Shown here in pieces: positions 36,001 through 50,787 of a stretch of 64,000 nt of DNA (position 1 is its first letter; every line of letters begins with the position of its first letter). The DNA is from Lingula anatina. Lineage: Eukaryota; Animalia; Brachiopoda. The notes under the pieces are model-generated. The model had not been told where the DNA came from and did no database searches. It worked only from the letters and a program-made list of their open reading frames with translations. The stretch lies in NCBI GenBank assembly GCA_051362555.1, contig CM120644.1, positions 318,954 through 382,953 of the forward strand, given 5' to 3'. Made by a program: the position numbers and the translations under genes.

Positions 36001-37375
36001 CACAATACGACACTGGTCAGACATATCAGTCACCAGACTGTACATGCTCTCGTCTGTTGTCCTCACTAAAGTTGGACCAAACACTATGGCTAGATTCCTG
36101 GCATCCATCTGCAACAGGAAAAACATATATACCTTGTGTGTCATTTCCATTTCTCTGAATTTTAAATGAATAAATAAATAAACAAATAAATCCTGAAAAT
36201 GCTAGTGACACAGGCACACAGCTCTAAATGAATTGTCATAGGAAACATTACTTGGCTGTCACCTCTAGCACAATGCTCAACTGTCACAACTAACACAATA
36301 TAGTGACAGATTGCCCCCTGATTTCATCACCTTATTAACATGTCCATAAGACGCCACTTTCTTCAGGTGCTGAGCCAGGTAGTTGAAGGTCTCAAAGTGG
36401 TGTTCAGGGAGATCATGCAGCAGTTTCTTTAAGATCAACATTCTCTTCTCTGGGTTCTCCAGACGGTTGGCATCAATGAAGGCTTGGTACAGCTCTGTCA
36501 ATGAACAAACAGATGACCTTATTATCACAACTAGCACATTTTGATCATTTACGTATTCACAACATATACCTGTACGTAATAACAATATGACTGAGAACCA
36601 ATTTACACCAAAGAAATGCAACAGATAAGAAAGGTGTTAGCAACTTGTCACGCTGTGGACAGCTAAAATTGCCAGCTGGCTGTATTGATGCATCACTATG
36701 TACTACTACTGGATGATAAATGATCAGTGCTCTACTCGTAACTGTGTGCTCTGTTTGCAGGTATTTTCTGATATTAATGCTGCTTACCATCCGTTACTAA
36801 GGATTCTGGAAGTTTTCGGAAGAAGGACTTCAGAAGACTGCCCACTACATTCACATCCAGCCATTTCTCATTATCTGGGTTAGGTGATCCCTGGAATACA
36901 AATATCCAACAAACATTATTATCAACACTTAATAAGAGGTAACTGTGGTATTGAGGAATACCAATCATCCTTTACATCCTAATTAATAATCCAAAAAACC
37001 TCACAGGTAATATTATTCAGGTATTATTAATCAAATCATTAAAAATTACCTCAAATACAGAGAAAAAAAAAAGATTTGGGAACTATAGACATTCTTAACT
37101 TCTGTTAGTTCATTGACATCACAATGACATTATAACCTTCAACTAGTGTGTATAAAAAGAAAACTACCAAAGTGGTGAAACTCTATAACAAATTCTCCTG
37201 TACCTTGTTGAGCTCCTCTTGTAGTGTTGCCACGGCAGCAGTGTTGCCAGGCACCCTGTAAATGCCTACAAACTCCAGTCCCCTGGCCTCTACTATACTG
37301 GTACAGATCTCTATCACCATAGGCAGGTACTGGAATACAACATGTCATTGAATGTAAGAGAGAGAGAGAAGATGG

Positions 37376-37449
<74 letters not shown>

Positions 37450-37496
37450 GACGGAGAGAGAGAGAGAGAGAGGGAGGATGGATGGAGAGATGGTGG

Positions 37497-37529
<33 letters not shown>

Positions 37530-40500
37530 TGACAATACTTAGCACTAAATTCTTAGCAATTAAGCGATACCAAGCAATGAACATGTCTACCTTCTACTAT
37601 CCTAAATTAGATTTTTTTTCTTTACAAACTGAGATGACAAAACTTTAGTACACATTCACAATTTCAATTTCACAATTTCCAAATTAAAGCTGCCTCTTTG
37701 AGCATTCTGTGCCCACTGACCTCATTACTAGAAGATGCAGGACACAGCTCCAGCGGGACTCCAAACGTTCCCACTGCCTCCTCCGCCTCTGCCTCTACAT
37801 TGGTGGAGGTGCCAGAGCCAAATCTCTTCAGTCCCTTAGCCATCCTGCCGCGCCAGCTCTTGTTCTCCTTGTTCTTTGGGGAGTCCTCTGTAAACAAGAA
37901 CACAGGGGTGGTGTTTAACAACTTGACATGTTAATATAACTCCCCTCCTTTTATTACAACATCCAACTTCACTATTTATAAAAGAGATAAATACTTAAAA
38001 TTCCAAACAATTCCAAATACTCATTTCAATCTGACATTTTTCTTTTCAATTGAGAAATTTAAGTCATGAGATGCTCCTACCAACAGCGACAAAGTTCACA
38101 GGTAATGTTAACAGGTTCCAACAAAACAATTATTATACATTCAACCATAATTTCATCTGTGATATCATTGAGTTCCAACATATAAATTCAGCTATAATTT
38201 CAGCTCTGATGTCACTGAGATCCCCACCTGCTCGCCTGTGTTTCATACTGGGGGAGTGTGGAGCCTTCGACGTCTTCACCGTTAACTTCTTCCCGGCCGA
38301 TTTGGGCGCCACCTGTGGTGAGCTCTTGACGGTGGCGGCCTGCTGTTCAATCTGTGAAGATTTCCGCAGTATTAGATCAGTATTGCCAGCACCCTGGTCC
38401 TGTGGGAAACGCAAAGCAAACATGGCGGTGGGTTAAAATGCGGAAAACTTCATCACGGTCTGGTTAGGTGAGTGCAAAGAGTAGAGCTGCCAACTTGATG
38501 CGTTTTGTCTTTTCTATACTATTTTTTATCATGAAATTTCTCTTTTATTTCCAAATGTTCTCTACTTAATAACATAGTAGGAAATGGGGCTACAGGTTTT
38601 GAGTAGCTTTATGTTGGCGACCCTAAGTAATGAGTACGGATACTTCTTCAGATAAAGATCAAATTCATGCATTAAGAATGTGGAATCTTTATCATATGAA
38701 GATCAAATTATCATGGCAAAAAGTGAAAATTTCACATCAAGCTGAGGTGTAGTTAGTGAGATTAAAATTTCTGCAATCATATCAAACTGAGAGGGTTACT
38801 GCACGACATTTGATGTTTTCCTCCATGCAGAATAATTTAGTTTTTTTTTTTTTCATCAATATCTCACAAAAGAACCGATCATAAGTTAATTTAAGTTGTG
38901 TGTTTTTGGTTAAGAGAGTGAAACCAATAAGAAAGCTACAGAGACTAAATTCCAGTACATGACTTTAACTGTATTCAAAACCAATCAGCAATGCCCCAGC
39001 TCATGTGTGGGTTTAATTATTATTTTTTCTTTTGGGGGGGCGGGGGGAGGAGAGGGGGGGGCGGCGGGTTCAAGTGTCAACTTTCTGAATGAAGTGTTGT
39101 TCTTAGAAGTCTCATCTAAATTTACAAAAGATATGCATAAAACTTGTTAGTATTAAAGATTTCTAGGTGAATGCTACAAGCAGCAAAGCAAACATAACAT
39201 GTGGTAAATATCAACATGCAATGACCATATTATCATTATCAGAATGACTTGTTTTCAAACTACATAAGTATTATGTTACTGTATATTACTGTATTTACCA
39301 TAGTCAGTGCCCATTTGTAAGTAATAGGTACAAATCATGTGTTTTTTTTTAGCATGTGCTTGCCGGCAGGGTGGCAATACTGTTTGTGGTGTATGTGTGT
39401 GTGCACTTGCATACATGCACCTTCGTATGCGTGTGTGTGCATGCTGAGTTTGTTATACATTCCCTGGGTCTTTGTGTTGTTGTATTTCCAGTCCATTTCA
39501 GTGTTGTGCATGTGTGCGTGCTTTCATGCTGAGATTGTCTTACATTATCAGGGTCGTTATGTTCCTGTATTTTCTGTATCCAGTCCATCATAGTATCGTG
39601 GTCTTCCACCTGAAACAGGTACTCTGAACCATTGTACGTGGTCAGCCGGAACACATGCTTCTTCTTGGTGTAGTCGTAGGCTATGTCCACCAGGCTGGAC
39701 TTAATGGAGATAGGCTGCTCCTCAAGACCCAGGGGACTCTAGAACAGATATAGCAGAGTTATGGTAAATACTGGATTGAGACTTCTAAGTGGAATTTTCC
39801 TAAAGTAAAGTGTATTGTTAGGCTAGCATAAGAACATATCATATCCATCAACATAAAGAAAATGGAAAATAATTTTCAAGAACTGCTAATTTTCAATTGA
39901 TTTGAATTTTCAATTGATTTGAAATTTGCACAGGCAGCTACATATAATATTAATTTGGAAACTAAGCTACATTCTGGCCCCTAAGATATGCTCACAGCAT
40001 TCTCCTTCCTGTCCTTCTGCAGATAGAGGGCGTGTCCTCGGAGCTGCGCCCACATTGGCTTCCAGGAGCGATCACTGGACTTCTACAACAACAAATACAA
40101 CATATAGTAAATAACCTAGCTTTTTAGTTTACAATTTTCAGTGCAGGTAGACAACTCTTCAGTCATATCAATTTCACTCTGTTCACAAGAATTTATCAAA
40201 CCGGATCAATATTCTTTCAGGAGGGTGCTTGAACTGAAATATTAACAATCTGAAAATGATGTATAGCTGAATTGTAATCCAAACCAGAAACAATTTTTTT
40301 TTTTTTTTTTGGCCCACCACCCCAGCCCCTGTCCATACTGACCTTGCCATCAGTGACGGCTGTCTTGACCTGTAGTATGCCCTCTCTGACCACCTCGTGG
40401 AGCGGGCTAGGCAGGTCCCCCTTCTTCTCTGTGGCCTCCATGATCTTAGGGGTGCGCTCCCCAAAGAATGCCTTCAGCTTCTTGATGTGGGTTTTCTGGG

Positions 40501-40748
40501 GTGGAGTCTGTGAGCTGTGGAGGATATTGGGAAGAAAATATCACTGTTATACCAACTGATTGTGACAGAAATATTGGGAGGAAAATATCACCGTTATACC
40601 AACTGATTGTGACAGAAATATTGGGAGGAAAATATCACCGTTATACCAACTGATTGTGACAGAAATATTGAGAGGAAAATATCACCGTTACACCAACTGA
40701 TTGTGACAGAAACATTGAATTAAAACATGTAAGTTATAAGCTCCTTAA

Positions 40749-40781
<33 letters not shown>

Positions 40782-43700
40782 CATTCAGATTACTGACGTT
40801 AGTTCTCTATGACAGGGTGTAAATTTGGGGAACTTTTTAAAGTCAAGTATCTATCTTCATAATGTTAAATCTTCAGTGTTTTTTTATGCGTTATGGTGGG
40901 TGATAGTACTGTTGTTTTAGGAAAATATACAAGATAACCAATTCCCTAAATGCTTCATTTACAGACTCTTAGCACAAAGAGTAGTACTGCATGAAGCAAT
41001 CTTTCATAGCACAGCAGTCATCACCCATTACTGCACTGCTGACCTATTTTCTTCTTCTTCTTCTCTTTTTTTTTGGGAGGTGGGGGGGGGGTGATAACTA
41101 CTACTGCACTATCATGTAGTCTACAGGCATGAGATTTGGTTTTGATAAAAAAGTCTGAAAGATTTTTCGAAGAAAAATCTTAACGCACACGTAAACGAGC
41201 GACAAGTCGACAACTCAAAACATGAAAATTTTCAAATGCAAGTTCATTGTCTTCATACGACATACACACAACCTATCTAGTAAAACAACCTACCTGAATT
41301 TATTCTTAATCCCTTTATCGATTTCTCTGACTCTATCGTCGTTTACACCGGCCTCAAGTAGCTTCATTTTCCAAAACGCAAAAGCGACACACGATACCAC
41401 ATGGAAAAAACCGCGCAGCGCTATATGAACAGGATACAGGCCGTTTACGGTAATTGCATTCAATGACTGTATAAATGTCGTATAGATGTCGCAAAAGTTT
41501 CCCCCTTGATAACAGTGCGTCCCAGAATCGATATATATGTACGGTTGGTAACGTTTTTCGGCAAGGTCAAAATTGAAAACATGCGAGTGCCGATGAGTGA
41601 AGGGTCTCGCTGGGGAAGGGAAGGGTACCCCTACCCCCCCCCCTGAAATTTTCTCAACGGATTTGCAATGATATAAAAAATGACATTTTTGAAGGAAAAA
41701 AGTCGGAATTCCGCCAAAAGACGGAAAAATCTCATGCCTGAGTCTACATCTTACAGATCTCTGGCTCAATGTAAGCTACAACTCACCTGTCTGTCTCTAG
41801 GTCATCATTAGCGTTGACTGGCTGAGCACCCTGGTCTCTTCCTGTCGCCATCAAATATGACGACCTCCGTACCAGCTTCACACTGTCATCTTCTGGAAAT
41901 ATAGTGATAGTTATAGGTTATTAGTGAAGGATCTCTCTCTCTCTCTCTCTCTCAAGATAGTTCAAGAAGGAAACAACAGTTATTGCACAAAAAAAACTCA
42001 GAATAGACAATTTCCACAGAACATTTTTTTGCAAACCTGTCAGCTGATGTAGTCATCTATCTTGTCTACATAGATATTTGTAGTCTAATGAAATCAAACC
42101 TGTCAGCTGATGTAGTCATCTATCTTGTCTACATAGATATTTGTAGTCTAATGAAATCAAACCTGTCAGCTGATGTAGTCATCTATCTTGTCTACATAGA
42201 TATTTGTAGTCTAATGAAATCAAACCTGTCAGCTGATGTAGTCATCTATCTTGTCTACATAGATATTTGTAGTCTAATGAAATCAAACTCATCTCATCTC
42301 TCACATATTGTTGTCTTTACCTCACATCTTGTCAGTAGTCTACACAGGAATCCAGACGGTGTTCTACTCTCATACTGAGATATATATTAAATGATATTAC
42401 TGTCTCCTGATAATATTTCTGTGATAGTTATTCATGGGTTGTAGCCAGTATATAAAATCAATACCACATTCTAGTTTTATAACACCTGGGCACCTGCTGA
42501 TAATCACGTTGGTCATTCCAACAGAAAAAACTGGGCACTTACAGAACACAAAGAGACAATCATATTGGTCATTCCAATAAACAAAACTGGACAATAAGTG
42601 AGCTGACCATACGGATATTACAGAGGTCTTAGCAATAATCAAGGAAACTGACAAGATCAATATTTGTTGACCGCCACAATATCCACTGACAACTGCAATA
42701 TTTACTGGCTTTTGTAAGGTATAACTGAGCTATAATAAGATATTACCAGTAAGGATTACCAGTGATAGAAACACTGTATATCTGGACCATCTGTAGGTAT
42801 AAGTCAGCTATAATAACAGTGAGGATTACCAGACGAGTGATAGAAACACTATATATCTGGACTATCTGAACGACTATGAGCACTTTGATGGTCCTAATGC
42901 TAAATTAACACTGACAAATGTCCACTATCAAATGACCACAAACTTATGTGAAATGATCACCACCAACTGACCTGCTAACAACATCACAACCAATTCAAGT
43001 CCAACCCTGTTGCTTTTCAAAAATCTTAGTATTTGAGCAAAAAACGGATGTTTTCCTTAACAGAAGCATACCCAAACACCCTTCCCATCAGCCAAAGAAC
43101 AGGCAGAATATAAGACAGAAAATACATTCTGAAGGTAAATTCAAAAATCAAAATACTTTGGACAGCAGTATATGTACACTTTACTAAGATTATAATATTT
43201 TAAAAACTGAAATAAACTTACTGAAAATTAGTTGAAATCCGTCTTCTATTTCTTTTGACTATGAAGGCAGACTGTCATTACAAGGGTTACCACTAACTAT
43301 GTAACTTGAATATGACAAAACCTCTGTACAACCTGGCTGAAATCACCTAGAGTATCCCTATGTTAAAACACCTCACAAACTTCTCATTAATCTACCTCAC
43401 AGCCTGGTGGTGCTGACGTCTCTTGCCTGTTTGAGTTCTATGTTTAATTAACTCTGCTAATCCTTGCAGCTAGTTATAGCCAGATTACTGTACATATTGA
43501 CTTAAAATAGGTGACCAGGGATAAAAAGATTAGGATATTATATACATAAGGCACATGATATAAGAGAAAGAACATGTAACAGAAATATTCTCACCATTTC
43601 TTGTGTAAGCAGCTGATCTGGTCAGTGAGTAGAACGGCATGGTAACAGTATATAGCTGATTTCACTCTCTGTAATTCTTTAATATCAACCCTCTGCCTCT

Positions 43701-44331
43701 TGAGCTTTACATGTTGATACATAGAACTCTTTATGAAAGCACTCCAATATGTGATATCCTACCTGGACATGTTCAAATCCAATATCTCCCCAGTCCCTGT
43801 TAATATGTCACACTTCCCTGTAGTAATCTATGTCTCCTCTCACTTATGGTTTGTGAATATCATACCTGAGATTTCACACCTGTCAGGTGAGAGGACAGAG
43901 CAGGGAGAGCACTGGCTTTGTGATGGTGATATCTTAACATAGAGATAGCTCTTCACTCAAGTGGTGGACACACAACTACACTCAGATCTCTAAGAATTTG
44001 TTATCACAACTACACTTATTATACCCGCGGCACATTAGAGAGGTGACTAGGGTGTACAGGCTGGGGGTTATACGTGTGGTATTTAGTTCACATCCTTAAG
44101 ATGTGTGTGTGCGTGTGTATGTATGTGTGTGTGTGTGTGTATGTGTATTTGTTAATGTGTGTGTGTGTGTGTATGTATGTGTTTGTGTGGGTGTATTTGT
44201 TCACCTGTGTGTGTGTGTATGTGCGTTACACAGAACAACATGAAAAAGTAACGTTTACTTGATAAGAAGGATATATCTGGTTGTATTTCTGCATGAATGC
44301 TTGTTTGTGTACGTGCGTACAGGAATGCATG

Positions 44332-44392
<61 letters not shown>

Positions 44393-47300
44393 AAAAGAGA
44401 CAGAAAAGGTGAATAACTATCACTTTCACCACTTGATATATCATCTCATATCAACACAATATGGTGCTGTGATCCACCATCTATAGCCTTTGATCATGTT
44501 CATCTTATTTATATTTAACCTGTTGTGAACAGGCTTTAGACTACATGATGCACATTCCATCAGTGTGTTTAAGAGTTAAACTAGCTGTGAACAGACCTAA
44601 GAGAAGTCTTCATGACTACATATTGTGCATTCCATCAGTATATTTTATCTGCTGCCCTGACACAATAAATACAACACAGTATTGATTCAACAAGCTGTCT
44701 CTTCCTCTCCATGTTTCCTCTCTATATGCTAACACAGATTATATTTACGTGCATTATAACTGTTGTTTTCATTCCAGAAGATGTGCTTTACGTATTGAGA
44801 AGTCTTGTGTGTGTCTACTAATATAAACAATGGACTAACATGACCAGTAAAACACAGATATCAACCTATAAACACACAACATTCAGTATTCTGTGCCGCA
44901 TTAACAGTGACCAATTCACATCAGATTATGTCCAGTTCAGCTAAAGTTAAACCTGATGTGAATACAGCCAGTGACCTGTTACCATGGTGATTCACAGAAA
45001 GGTGCATTCACAGAGATATTTTAAAGGATGGTGGAGAGAAAGAGGGGGATAACAAAGTTGTCACATGTTCCTGACCTCAGAGGCCAGCATCTGGCACCTC
45101 AGTACAACATGGTGTACTACAATATGGCACATACTGACGTGTTCACACATGTCATAGGACGGACATTTCCTGACCTGTTATATTTCAATGTACTACAATA
45201 TGGCACACACTGACGTGTTCACACATGTCATAGGACGGACATTTCCTGACCTGTTATATTTCAATGTACTACAATATGGCACACATTGACGTGTTCATAC
45301 TTGACACAGGACGGACATTTCCTGACCTGTTATATTTCAATATACTAAAATATGGCACACATTGATGTGTTCACACATGTCATAGGACGGACATTTCCTG
45401 ACCTGTTATATTTCAATGTACTACAATATGGAACACATTGACGTGTTCACACTTGTCATAGGACGGACATTTCCTGACCTGTTATATTTTAATGTACTAC
45501 AATATGGCACACACTGACGTATTCACGCTTGTCATAGGACGGACATTTCCTGACCTGTTATATTTCAATATACTAAAATATGGCACACACTGACGTATTC
45601 ACACTTGTCATAGGACGGACATTTCCTGACCTGTTATATTTCAATGTACTATAATATGGCACACATTGACGTGTTCACACTTGACATAGGACGGACATTT
45701 CCTGACCTGTTATATTTCAATGTACTACAATATGGCACACATTGACATGTTCACACTTGACATAGGACGGACATTTCCTGACCTGTTATATTTCAATGTA
45801 CTACAATATGGCACACACTGACGTGTTCACACTTGACATAGGACGGACATTTCCTGACCTGTTATATTTCAATGTACTACAATATGGCACACACTGATGT
45901 GTTCACACTTGACATAGGACGGACATTTCCTGACCTGTTATATTTCAATGTACTACAATATGGCACACACTGACGTGTTCACACTTGACATAGGACGGGC
46001 ATTTCCTGACCTGTTATATTTCAATGTACTACAATATGGCACACACTGACGTGTTCACACTTGACATAGGACGGACATTTCCTGACCTGTTATATTTCAA
46101 TATACTAAAATATGGCACACATTGACATGTTCACACTTGACATAGGATGGACATTTCCTGACCTGCAATATTTCAATGTACTTCAATATGGCACACAGTG
46201 ACGTGTTCACACTTGACATAGGACAGACATTTCCTGACTTGTTATATTTCAATATACTACAATATGGCACATACTGACGCGTTCACACTTGACCTAGGAC
46301 GGACATTTCCTGACCTGCTAGCTTTCCAATGAAAATATCACAAGTCATCTCTTACCTATTGTAACCCATGAGAGGGTACCATCCAGCTGATGCTGTTTTA
46401 TCCTTCCTTCACAATATTCATCCTACCCATCTGCCAGTGGAAATGTTGTGATGGTCCACTTAGCCCTCCCCCCCCCCTCTTGCCCCAAAACCTTTGTCTT
46501 GATACTATGGTCCATACTATGGTGCCAGCTGCCACATATCTCAGGTCAATGAGCAGATACTCACACAACCAACATCAGCTCTAAGGGAGCATTCCCATAG
46601 ATTTTAGATTGATCTATCCCCATGGGGAGTCTCACTAGATTACTGCCAGATAATCCGGCTTAAATGTTTCTCCCACCTACTACAAACTGTAAGGGGGTAA
46701 TTAACTTTTGTGCCCGCTCGGCTGACAGCTATTTAGCGTGAACCCCCAGGAAGTTAGGTCGATCTAGTTGGATTGATCCAATCTCTGGGAATGGGGTCTA
46801 ACATTATTGTCAGACAGACTTCAATCCAAACTACTAATACCATGATAACATACTCAGTCTGATTTACTCTCTTCAATCGACAGATAGAAATCAATATTAC
46901 CATCACACAGAAGTTCACCCTCTTTCCTGATTTCAATAAGGGGGGGGGAGGGCATGTTATTAATTTGTGAGGTGATATTATTTTCCTATCTAACTACAGT
47001 AAATACAGAATGTCCCTTAAATACCATGGCTTGTTTTCTTCTTTCTAATGGCTCTGTTGCCATGGAATTAAGGATCAATTCATAATAATCATCACAGATA
47101 ACCTGAAAACTATAATTCAATTACTGGATAACTTCATAAGTTTCTCACTACCTTCCAGATAGAACAGACACTGTTGCTGCTCCTCTTCTTCCTCATCCTC
47201 CTCATCATCATGTCCGCCCTCCTCCTCACTGCTCAGAGAACTCTCTTCCTCCTCCTCATTCCTCAAGGTCAGATGTCCATCTTGATCAGTCAATGGCCTG

Positions 47301-50300
47301 TATGCAGAGTCCAGTAATAAAAACCTGAGTGTACATGGGGACAGGCTCATCTTGGCCAGATCCATGGTACTGTGTATGTCCCTGTACACTATTGTCCCTT
47401 GTGCTGATAGAATATACTGTTATCCACACTGGATTATCTGGTTATCTTGATGAGGATTCAGTTTTCAGACAGAGGTCAGACAAATGGGTCAGTTTTAGTT
47501 AACAGAGGCTAGAGACAACCACTTCCACTTTAATTTTCCATTACCTCCCTGACATGACTAGTATCCTGGGTACAGGCACCATGGAATTGTCCCACTCCAC
47601 TCACTAATCTTGTATATAGTTATAATAGACTACAGAAACTAGTAGTGTCCCAGCTGTAACTCCCGTATCTCAATGGCTGCTGTATCATATGGTTGACTGG
47701 AGAACTGTGTGATATATAATTCACAGACAACACCTTGTTGAACAGCTCCACTTGAACTTCACTTTCCAGACTTTCTTTACCTTGAACTTAAATACACAAG
47801 GTGCATGTAGACAAGACTTTCTACTAGACATCACACTTTCTGTCCAATCCTCACTATCTGCTCCAAATACACTCCCAAATCTTCAGCTATCATCCAGTTC
47901 CATGTTATTGTTTTTGTTCTCTGACGTCACTTGTAACATTAAGACACATGCCAGTAGAACACACTAGCAGAAGTTACTGTAGTAGTATATAACCAAGTCT
48001 TCCACTGTGCTAGGTTTCTCTCTGTATCATCTCCAGTCTCTAGGGCCAGTTTAAGTCTGACTTACTTGTTATTCATGATCTACTATAGGATGATGAAGCA
48101 GCTTGGAATACAGGACTGGACAAATGTTTGGGCACAATAGAAATATCTATGAATACAGGACTGGACAAATGTTTGGGCACAATAAAAATATATTTGAATA
48201 CAGGACTGGACAAATGTTTGGGCACAACAGAAATATCTTTGAATACAGAACTGGACAAATGTTTGGGCACAATAGAAATATCTTTGAATATAGGACTGGA
48301 CAAATGTTTGGGCACAATAGAAATATCATTGAATACAGAACTGGACAAATGTTTGGGCACAATAAAAATATCATTGAATACAGAACTGGACAAATGTTTG
48401 GGCACAATAAAAATATCATTGAATACAGAACTGGACAAATGTTTGGGCACAATAAAAATATCATTGAATACAGAACTGGACAAATGTTTGGGCACAATAG
48501 AAATATCTTTTAATATAGGACTGGACAAATGTTTGGGCACAATAGAAATATCTTTTAATATAGGACTGGACAAATGTTTGGGCACAATAGAAATATCTTT
48601 TAATATAGGACTGGACAAATGTTTGGGCACAACAGAAATATCATTGAATACAGGAGTGGACAAATGTTTGGGCACAACAGAAATATCTTTGAATACCGAA
48701 CTGGACAAATGTTTCGGCATAATAGAAATATCTTTGAATACAGGACTGAACAAATGTTTGGGCACAATAGAAATATCTTTTAATACAGGACTGGACAAAT
48801 GTTTGGGCACAATAGAAATATCTTTGAATACAGAACTGGACAAATGTTTGGGCACAACAGAAAAAATGAAAAATAGCGCAGAGGACAAATTGCAAACTGA
48901 ACAGAAAGACCTGATAATGCAAAATCAAAACAAATACTTCAAAATGTAAAACAACTTGGGAGCAGATGTGTAGACAAAATATTAACTAACCCCCAGAGAC
49001 CTATAGCAAACTTGCCAGCAAAGGAATTTCCATTCATTGACAATGAACAATTGATAATAGTAAAGTATATTTATAATGAAAATATCAACCAGCTCTGCCA
49101 CATTCAGCAATCTTTGGGGAATGTCAGGAATTCTTTAACCAACTTCAGAAAACAACTGCTCACCATACAGGGGTAACATGGAATGAAAACAGACAACAAA
49201 CATTTCAATGCCCACTGTAACTGACAAGTTACCATTTTGATAGGCCCTGTTCAGAATAAGGGATTAACAAGTCCAAGGAACAAATATGGCCGACCCACTT
49301 GAATAACTTCCCCACGGGATATCTATTCGGTATCTATTAGTGGATTAGATGGCAAGCTTTATAGTGGGTGGCCATATTTGACCCTTGGACTAGTTAGTCC
49401 CCTATTCTGAATGGGGCCATATTCACCCAAGTCCATGGTTTTTAAAAAAAACCTGAGTTAAAAATTTTTAACGCACACTGTAAGTGGCCAGCTGTAGGCT
49501 ACGAGGTACAGAGGGGATAGAAAGCTTGGTGACTTTCCCAGAAACAAAATAATTGATTCAATTTGCATGAACTAGTGACACCCAGTGTACCTTACCAGTT
49601 GTGCCTGGATGGTGAAATAACACGCATACGCATGCACAAGTGACATGCACACAGATGCATGCATGCACACACACACATTCACACATTTAACTGTCTAGAT
49701 CACTTCTGATGTCCAGGCATTCTTTTCCTCATTAGTTGATTTATATTATCTAGGATAATTTAGGAATTACCCACACTGTAGCTAATGTTCTTTTGATTGG
49801 CAGCCACTGGTAACATTGATAATATTGGTATTCCTTGCAATATTATTTCAGTTCATTTTAAGAAGAATTCCAAGTGTTAAGTTTGTGCAATGCCTTTCTC
49901 TGTCTACACACATGTATCTTTATATAATTCCACAATTTAGAGGATTGCACAGTTGTTGTGAAGGTTTTGATCTGGTCCCTGGTCAGCCAGGTTATGAAAT
50001 TTTCCCTCTTCACCAAGACCTATCCACTGGATCATCATATACCAGTGATATATCATAATTACAAGATTTCAGAATTACTAATGTGAAAACATGTGTTGCC
50101 AAATTCTCTGAAACCACCTGTCTATATCACTGACACCAATGAGATCACTTTACAGTAAACTAGACTCTACCCCTTCAGCCAAACTCAGGGTGACAGCAGA
50201 CAGCCCTACTTCAAAGAGAGACACCCCCCCAAGATCACCCTTGTTGGTCATCTTCTGTTCCTATACAGTAACTATCTGAATACACTTAAACATCACTTTT

Positions 50301-50756
50301 TACTTCATAATATTCCAGTCAAACTAGTATATCATCATGCTTAAAGCTGTGCCAGGTAGCAGTCTGTATATTTATTTCAGTCTTCATTGGAACCATTTAT
50401 AATTACCATCACCATACTTCTCAACATACAGACAAGTCATTGCCAAAGTGGCAGCTGATATATCCAACACATGCCTCACAATCTTCTATAATAACTAATC
50501 ACCTCCTTCCTAATCACATATCCTGACAATATTCATAATACAGTCTCTTCCTTGGCCTGAAAACCTTCACAGTCAGCTGTGTACAGTATCAGATATATAC
50601 AAGGTATTCACAGGGCACCTGTTGACTACAGTGTCACCTGTCTTACTCTACCACTGTGTCCTCCATAGCCACAGAACCCTGGGAGACCTCTGTCTTCCTG
50701 GATTATATTACATGTCCTGCTCTACCAACATTGTATGGTGTCACCCTGTCCTCCAT

Positions 50757-50787
<31 letters not shown>

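Noticed and set aside
37314-37584. ER- and LS-repeat ORFs
   Set aside because: Translations of a (GA)n microsatellite.
48073-48949. Long overlapping ORFs on both strands (271 and 273 aa) with 15-aa repeats
   Set aside because: They arise from a 45-bp minisatellite that lacks stops in several frames; there are no usable splice sites and no domain signature.
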